DNA from: Octopus sinensis
Taxonomy: Eukaryota
Assembly: GCF_006345805.1 (NCBI RefSeq)
Contig: NW_021825858.1
Location: 1-14,062, forward strand
Direction: 5' to 3'
DNA length: 14,062 nt
Shown one piece after another: positions 8,010-14,062 of the stretch. Positions within the stretch are counted from its first letter, which is position 1. The number at the start of each line of letters is the position of its first letter. The notes under the pieces were generated by a model. The model was not told the origin of the DNA and ran no database searches. It saw only the letters and a list, made by a program, of their open reading frames with translations. The position numbers and the translations under genes were made by a program.

Positions 8010-8122
8010 CATATTAGAGGGAAACCACTATGTGGACACCCTATGCTAAAATATTATCCACTATGATAAGCGGATCTATTTCTAGCATAAGGGTGTCCAC
8101 ATAGTGGTTTCCCTCTAATATG
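8010..8122. mobile_element. 113-bp palindromic MITE flanked by TA
   Basis: Perfect 34-bp inverted repeat 8008-8041 / 8091-8124 including the flanking TA dinucleotides, extending inward (tatgcta/tagcata) after a 1-nt bulge. Confidence 0.8.
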
Positions 8123-8220
8123 TACATATATATATATATATGGAGAGATAGAGAGAGAGAGAGAGTATATTTAAAGAAATAAATGCAAGGAGGATGTGTA
8201 TATAGACACATGCAAGTGTG

Positions 8221-8387
8221 TTCATTTAAATGCGTGTATATGTATCAATATGCCTGTATGTCTGAGTATATGCATACATGTACAAAGAGTGTGTTCAAGT
8301 ATTAGTCCATTTTCAACAGTCATTGTTATTATGGATACATATATATATAATTATATCTATATATATATATATACACTACATAATATA

Positions 8388-8419
<32 letters not shown>

Positions 8420-8535
8420 TATCATCATCATATTCATTTAAATGCGTGTAATGTATCAATAGGCCTGTATGTCTGGTATATGCATACATGTACAAGAGTG
8501 GTTCAAGTATATCCATTTTCAACAGTCATATGTTA
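8221..8535 (+). repeat. Local direct duplication of about 105 bp (8221-8328 and 8433-8535)
   Basis: Both copies run ttcatttaaatgcgtgta...cattttcaacagtcat and are separated by a TA tract. Confidence 0.85.
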
Positions 8536-8544
8536 GATTGTGAC

Positions 8545-8811
8545 ATATATATATATATATATATATATAATACACACACTACATATATATATATACATAT
8601 ATATGTGTTTATCTATATGCATGTATATATAGTATGTGTATGTATATGTCTATATATATGTGTGTGTGTGTTTATATATCTATATATATATAGATATAAT
8701 ATGTGTGTGTGTGTGTTTGTGCGCCTATGTATGCATATATATGTGTGTGTATGTATATATGTATATGTATGTGTGTGCATCTTATGTGTGTAATGTGGTG
8801 GAGTGTGTATG

Positions 8812-8842
<31 letters not shown>

Positions 8843-9356
8843 ATACATACTTATTATGTGGAGTGTGTATCTATGTATATATATATATGTATGCATTGTG
8901 GTATATATATATATATACACATACACACACACCACACACACATAATATATATATATATATATCTTATATATACATACATACAACACATTATATATATATA
9001 TATACCATACACACATTATATATATATACCATCACATACACATTATATATATATATATACATACATACATATATATATTATATACATACACACATTCTAT
9101 ATAGAATATATACATACACACATATATATATTATATATATATACATACATACACACATTATATATATATACATACATACACACATTATATATATATACAT
9201 ACATACACACATTATATATATATATATACATACACACATTATATATATATACATACATACACACATTATATATATATATATACATACACACATTATATAT
9301 ATATATATATACATACACACATTATATATATATATATACATACACACATATTATAT

Positions 9357-9387
<31 letters not shown>

Positions 9388-9505
9388 CATACATACACAC
9401 ATTATAATATATTATATATATATATATACATACATACACACATTATATATATATATATACATACATACACACATTATATATAATATATATATTATATATA
9501 TATAT
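8545..9505. repeat. Long TA/TG/CA tract, including a minisatellite CATACACACATT(AT)n at ~9140-9475
   Basis: More than ten copies of CATACACACATT separated by variable (AT)n; source of the many Y/I/H/T-rich ORFs. Confidence 0.92.
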
Positions 9506-9618
9506 AAAGAATAATATAACACGAAGATGCAGGATATCAGGCTTTAATCATAGACACAGCATTTGTTTCTGCACTATACACCAGCTCTGAATTTCTAAGT
9601 TTACATTCATGTACCACT
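9504..9618 (+). repeat. Unclassified interspersed repeat (family F), copy 1
   Basis: Aligns by eye, roughly 70% identity, with the reverse complement of 10579-10698 (gatatcaggcttt; atttgt.tctgca; aagttta.attcat.tacca). Confidence 0.6.
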
Positions 9619-9974
9619 ATAGGTGATCATTCTTCATAATTATTAGATAGTTGGATATTTTTCAGCAACTGACATGTGTGGGCAGTTCATCAGGAGTAGT
9701 ATGATTAATATTTTTTTAATTGAACTACCACTCTCACTCAAATAACATTATTTTTATCATTATTTTCACTTCTTTTGTCAATACTACGAGTACCCCAAAG
9801 TTACCTTCCCTGTTTTATTATTATTGGTGGTATTATTGCGATATTACTAATATGTATATGTTTGCTTCACCCAGAATCTGATAATTTGAAAGGCAGAAAT
9901 GAATGTACATCAAAGACCACCTTCAGTCATGAATGACCATGGGATTGCACCTAGAAAGTTTCCCTCCAAGGCAC

Positions 9975-10421
9975 AAGTCTGGGGCATAGATACATTGAAA
10001 TTCCGACGTCTAGCAGCTGACTTGGCAGACACCCATGAAATTATTAACCATCTTACTAACAATAACTCTGAGCACCTTTTCAAACTTCACCTGTCTAACA
10101 CCCGTGGACAGGTTTACAAAGTCAGAAAACAGAACAACTCCCATGACTTTCGGAAACATTTTAATGCTATGAGTTGCTAAAGTATGGAACAAACTGCCGC
10201 CATCAGTTGTTAGTTGTCGGAGAACTACATCCTTCAAAACTTCCATGCTTCCCGAGATTCGCCAACACTACACCCCTCCATACACACACAAGCATGTATC
10301 TGACTCATACACTGTTCACTTCCCAGACATTTGTACATTACTGCATATGCTTTATATGCACTTTTGACAAGTTGTGGTGCACCTGAGCACTGTATACAAT
10401 AATTTCATTAATATTATTATT
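9975..10421 (+). mobile_element. CR1/L2-group LINE 3' end
   Basis: GIDTLKFRRLAADLADTHEIINHL....LFKLHLSNTRGQVYKVRKQNNSHDFRKHF, then by frameshift VAKVWNKLPPSVVSC..TTSFK; matches the CR1-type C-terminal RR...DL...YKI / TRGH..K / F..RV...WN.LP motifs; 3' UTR ends in (ATT)n. Confidence 0.82.
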
Positions 10422-10454
10422 TAACAGTCGCCCATGCATACCAATTCGCTCACA

Positions 10455-10577
10455 AGGCTTTAGTCAGCATGAAGCTATAGTACAAGACACTTGGCCAAGG
10501 TGCCACACAGTGGGACTGAACCCAGAACCATGTGGTTGGGAAGCAAGCTTCTTACCACACAGCCATACCTGCACCTA
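10455..10577 (-). mobile_element. SINE family A head and central block
   Basis: Reverse complement of ggtgcaggtatggctgtgtggtaagaagcttgcttcccaaccacatggttctgggttcagtcccactgtgtggcaccttggccaagtgtc. Confidence 0.82.
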
Positions 10578-10578
10578 A

Positions 10579-10698
10579 AATGGTATATGAATATAAACTT
10601 GCCAACTTAAAGGTGGTGTGGCTGCAGAGACAAATCTTGTGATTAGCTGGGAAAGCCTGATATCTTCTATCTTTGCGTTGTTCTTGTATTATCTTTAT
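10579..10698 (-). repeat. Unclassified interspersed repeat (family F), copy 2, abutting SINE A
   Basis: Homologous to 9504-9618 in inverted orientation. Confidence 0.6.
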
Positions 10699-10824
10699 GT
10701 GAAGATTAGTTCCACATGTGAATCCAGTCCTGGAATATACCCTCATGTAGCATAATATGTAGTAGCCAAACAATGGCATAGGAAGTCTTAAATGTACATT
10801 ATGAGGCTTTTACCCAGATTATAT

Positions 10825-11234
10825 CAAATATATATGTATATATATAAATGCATATACATATATGTATATGTGAGTATTTATATATATATATGTGTGTGTT
10901 TGTGTGTGTAGTTATATATATATATAAATATATGTGTGTATTTATATATATATATATATAATATATATATAAATACATATCGATATGTCTATATGTGTGT
11001 GTGTGTATGTGTATATATATATAAACACATATATACAGACATATAAGTGTGTGTGTATATATCTATATATATGTATGTGTGTGCATTTGTGTATATATAT
11101 ATATATGTATATATACGTGTATATATAATATGTATGTATGTAGGTATGTATATACGTACATATATATATATATATATATACGTATATATATATATACAAT
11201 TATATATTATTTATATATAATATATATGTATACA

Positions 11235-11265
<31 letters not shown>

Positions 11266-11354
11266 GATATATATATAATATTTATATATATATATACATA
11301 TGTATTTATATATGTATTATATATATATATAATGTAATACATATATATTATATT

Positions 11355-11408
<54 letters not shown>
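10825..11408. repeat. (TA)n-dominated microsatellite complex
   Basis: Directly visible. Confidence 0.92.
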
Positions 11409-11819
11409 TTGTAAGCAAGATTTGGGATCTACACAAATCAAATTTTTATATATATAAAACTGATGGAGGTGGAAATAGCACAGAATTAAGTCCAAGACAT
11501 TCAGTTTAAGACGGAATTTAATAAAAGATTATATAAATTAAAAATATTAATATTACCATTTTCAATGTTTTTTATCTTATCAAATATAAGTCGTAAAAAC
11601 AGTCTATCTTATGTCTGATGGTGAAGACATGTTCTTGACCACCAGACAGAAGACAGACTGCTTTTTCTTCAAATTTTTCAAATTTTTATAAATCTTTGCT
11701 TTTACTTGATAAGATGAAATACATCGAAAGTGGTAATATAAATATTCTTATTTATATTAAATTCCCTCTTAAACTGAAATATCTTAGACTTAATTCTATG
11801 CTATTTCCACCTCTATCTT

Positions 11820-11857
<38 letters not shown>

Positions 11858-11897
11858 CATAGAAATATACATTATATACATCTCATGTTTAAATAAG

Positions 11898-11903
11898 TTT
11901 ATT
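11898..11903 (-). promoter_or_regulatory. Candidate polyadenylation signal AATAAA for the SLC35E1-like gene
   Basis: Plus-strand TTTATT about 108 nt downstream of the stop codon. AT-rich context makes chance occurrence likely. Confidence 0.35.
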
Positions 11904-12010
11904 GGTGAAAAAAACTTAGATAAATAGTTTGTTCTTCTACTTCTCATTCATTTTCATTTCGCCCATAAAATTCTAATTCCTTCTTATCTTGTCTGCCATT
12001 TCTTCATTCA

Positions 12011-12268
12011 CTAAACATGGTAATAGTTCCTCGAATCTCTTTGTTTCTTTTCCACTGAAGGTATTTCTAAGTATTTGCTATCAGGTTCCCAAGACTGTGA
12101 GAACTGATGTGTGTTATCCATGTGTAGTTTGGAATTACTGAGAATACCATTTTGGAATCTGATATCTTTGCTCATGTTGTTGTAACCTTGTAACAGAAGA
12201 TTTGAATCACTTTGGATTTGTGGAAGAATCATTTCTCTTTCGAAAGCCTTGTTCTGTTCATATTTCGC
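12011..12268 (-). CDS. SLC35E1: Last coding exon of the SLC35E1-like gene (AKYEQNKAFEREMILPQIQSDSNLLLQGYNN...RNYYHV*), 258 nt including TAG
   Basis: Acceptor tttttcctgtttcatttcag ends at 12269. Exon begins GCG AAA TAT GAA in phase 0, giving YNK|AKYE, comparable to vertebrate YNK-TKYD (recalled). Open frame continues into the supplied ORF 12011..12232 and ends at TAG. Confidence 0.88.
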   Translation of the reverse strand, partial: AKYEQNKAFEREMILPQIQSDSNLLLQGYNNMSKDIRFQNGILSNSKLHMDNTHQFSQSWEPDSKYLEIPSVEKKQRDSRNYYHV

Positions 12269-12340
12269 CTGAAATGAAACAGGAAAAAAAAAATGTCAAA
12301 AAAATTTTATAAGAAAAGTGAAATAGAAAAGAGTAAGAAA

Positions 12341-12585
12341 TCATCATCATCATCATCATCATCATTGTTTAACGTCCGTTCTCCATGCTAGCATGGGTTG
12401 GACGGTTCGCAGTGTTTCTACAGCTGGATGCCCTTCCTAACGCCAACCACTCTGTGAGTGTAGTGGGTGCTTTTTACGTGCCACCTGCACTGGTGCCAGG
12501 CGAGGCTGGCATCGGCCACGGTCGGATTGGTGCATTTTACGTGCCACCAGCACGGAAGCCAGTCGAGGCAGCACTGACTTCGGTG
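12341..12585 (-). mobile_element. Intronic SINE family D with two internal units and a deletion in the core
   Basis: (CAT)n, aacgtccgttctccatgctagcatgggttgga, tttctacagctggatgcccttcctaacgccaacc, ggtgctttttacgtgccacc and a second variant copy. Confidence 0.82.
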
Positions 12586-12602
12586 AATAATGTCCACATG
12601 TA

Positions 12603-12760
12603 GGCGCAGGTGTGGCTCTGTGGTAAGGAGTTTGCCTCTCAACCACATGGTTCAGGGTTCAGTCCCACTGTGTGACACCTTGGGCAAGTGTCTTCTACCA
12701 TAGCCTTGGGCTGATCAAAGCCTTGTGAGTGGATTTGGTAGACGGAAACCGAAAGAAGCC
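12603..12760 (+). mobile_element. Intronic SINE family A (5' half)
   Basis: ggcgcaggtgtggctctgtggtaagg...gggttcagtccc...ttgggcaagtgtcttctaccatagcc...gtggatttggtagacggaaaccgaaagaagcc. Confidence 0.85.
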
Positions 12761-12765
12761 AATCC

Positions 12766-13030
12766 TCATCATCATCGTTTAACATGTTTTCCATGCTGGC
12801 ATGAGTTGGATGGTTTGACAGGGGTTGGCCAGCTAGGGAGCAGTCCAGACTCCGGTTATCTGTTCTGGCATGGTTTCGATGGCTGGATGACCTTTCTAAT
12901 GCCAACCACTTTTCAGAGTGTGCTGGGTGTGTTTTACATGCCACCAGTACATGTGCATTTATACAGCACCAGCACAGGTGCATTCACACTGGTTCAAGTG
13001 CATTCTACATGGCACCAGTACCTGCAAAGG
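12766..13030 (-). mobile_element. Intronic degenerate SINE family D-like copy
   Basis: catcatcatcgtttaacatgttttccatgctggcatgagttgga...ggctggatgacctttctaatgccaaccac...ttttacatgccacc. Confidence 0.7.
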
Positions 13031-13093
13031 ACATGTCTGTATGTATGGATGACTGCAATTTTATTTAGTGTCATGAAAAAATATATATATATA

Positions 13094-13216
13094 GGTGCAG
13101 GAGTGGCTGTGTGGTAAGTAGCTTGCTTACCAACCACATGGTTCCGGGTTCAGTCCAACTGCGTGGCATCTTGGGCAAGTGTCTTCTGCTATAGCCCCGG
13201 GCCGACCAATGCCTGT
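13094..13216 (+). mobile_element. Intronic SINE family A head
   Basis: Near-identical to 2177-2300 (ggtgcaggagtggctgtgtggtaagtagcttgcttaccaaccacatggttccgggttcagtcc...gcatcttgggcaagtgtcttct). Confidence 0.88.
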
Positions 13217-13384
13217 GTGTAGATAGACTGTTAATAACATCCTCAAGGGGATAGACTCACAGTTCCCATGTCTATAATGCTGATGGTCTAAATCTACATG
13301 AATTTGACCAACACCCTCAAAAAAAACACACACACACACACAAATGCAAACTTGCAGGGTCGTTAAAATCTAGCCAAACCTTAC

Positions 13385-13630
13385 CTTGTTGTAACACATC
13401 ACACCCAATATAGACACAAACATCCCAAAGCAGTTGACTGGTGTAACAGGGTTGCGAAGCATCATAATGGATGCGGTTATGATGACAATTCTTTTCATGG
13501 CATTCGCTACAGCGTAGCTAAGTGGGCTGACAAGAGCCAGGATGGTGAAAGCGATGAGATTCTGCAGAGTGTTGAAAAAGCCATCTAGCAGCAGTAATAT
13601 TAGAACAGTAGTGAGTTTTATATTGCTTGT
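13385..13630 (-). CDS. SLC35E1: Penultimate coding exon of an SLC35E1-like transporter (TPT/nucleotide-sugar transporter family), 246 nt, 82 codons
   Basis: Translation [82 protein letters not shown] matches the recalled SLC35E1 C-terminal TM region (QNxIAFxILxLVSPLSYxVANAxKRIxxIxxSxxMLRNPVT...GVxxYNK). Minus-strand acceptor tttttcttttgcag ends at 13631; donor AAG|GTAAGG starts at 13384; phase 0. Confidence 0.93.
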
Positions 13631-13654
13631 CTGCAAAAGAAAAAAAAAGAAGAA

Positions 13655-13934
13655 ATAATAATAATAATAATAATAATAATGCTGCTGCTGATGGATGATG
13701 GATGAATGATGATGAATGATGATGAATGATGATGAATGATGATGGATGATGGATGAATGATGATGAATGATGATGGATGATGGATGAATGATGATGAATG
13801 ATGATAAATGATGATGAATGATGATGAATGATGATGATGATAAATGATGATGAATGATGAATGATGATGAATGATGATGAATGATGATGGATGATGGATG
13901 AATGATGATGAATGATGATGAATGATGATGAATG
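13655..13934. repeat. (AAT)n followed by a GAT-derived minisatellite (GATGATGAAT and GATGATG units)
   Basis: Directly visible; lies in the intron upstream of the penultimate exon; source of the H/S/I-rich ORF 13618-13965. Confidence 0.9.
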
Positions 13935-14062
13935 CCCTGGTGCAGTACCAGGCAGTGGCTCTCATGGCTTCTGGATATAACTGATTTGAAGTGTTATCGT
14001 GGACAAGTTTTTGTCTTGGTGTAAAAGATGGGTTTTACAGCAAATATTCTACTCAATACTAC

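Larger units (their letters stand above)
12269..13384 (-). other. Last intron of the SLC35E1-like gene (1116 bp, GT-AG)
   Basis: Canonical GTAAGG donor and polypyrimidine-CAG acceptor join the two exons in frame; contains four SINE copies. Confidence 0.85.

Noticed and set aside
8636-9514. 292-aa and overlapping long ORFs rich in Y, I, V, C, H and T
   Set aside because: Translations of TA/TG/CA microsatellite; the same applies to ORFs at 1194-1667, 7583-7881 and 10942-11495.
10552-10779. Possible GIY-YIG endonuclease fragment (YYILCY...RTG...EQRKDRRYQAFP)
   Set aside because: Resemblance is too loose to call; part of the ORF lies in repeat F and SINE A. A profile search (HHpred or PLE endonuclease HMM) would settle it.
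13618-13965. His/Ser/Ile-rich ORF as an upstream SLC35E1 exon
   Set aside because: It is the GAT minisatellite read in reverse; the real acceptor is at 13631.
13935-14062. Probable interspersed repeat at the window end
   Set aside because: Looks like a familiar octopus repeat, but there is no second copy or diagnostic motif in the window to support a call.

Overview
AT-rich, microsatellite-dense eukaryotic DNA. The repeat families and the (TA)n/(CA)n/(GAT)n/(ATT)n content suggest an Octopus-type cephalopod genome (inference from recognition, not a database search). The only host gene is the 3' end of an SLC35E1-like nucleotide-sugar/triose-phosphate-family transporter on the minus strand: two coding exons (13630-13385 and 12268-12011) joined in frame across a 1116-bp GT-AG intron made mostly of SINEs. 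The other ~12 kb is a graveyard of mobile elements: at least four tRNA-type or RTE-tailed SINE families (labelled A-D here), two tandem restriction-like-endonuclease (R4/Dong-type) retrotransposon 3' ends, three collinear RTE LINE fragments, a CR1/L2-type LINE 3' end, and two MITEs. Most ORFs in the supplied track are microsatellite or SINE artefacts. The most interesting unexplained signals are two decayed hammerhead-ribozyme-like motifs (possible Penelope/retrozyme relics), an RTE-SINE shared 3' tail, stacking of REL retrotransposons at (AAT)n tracts, and a structured GC-richer island at ~7.05-7.26 kb. None is a demonstrated novel system.
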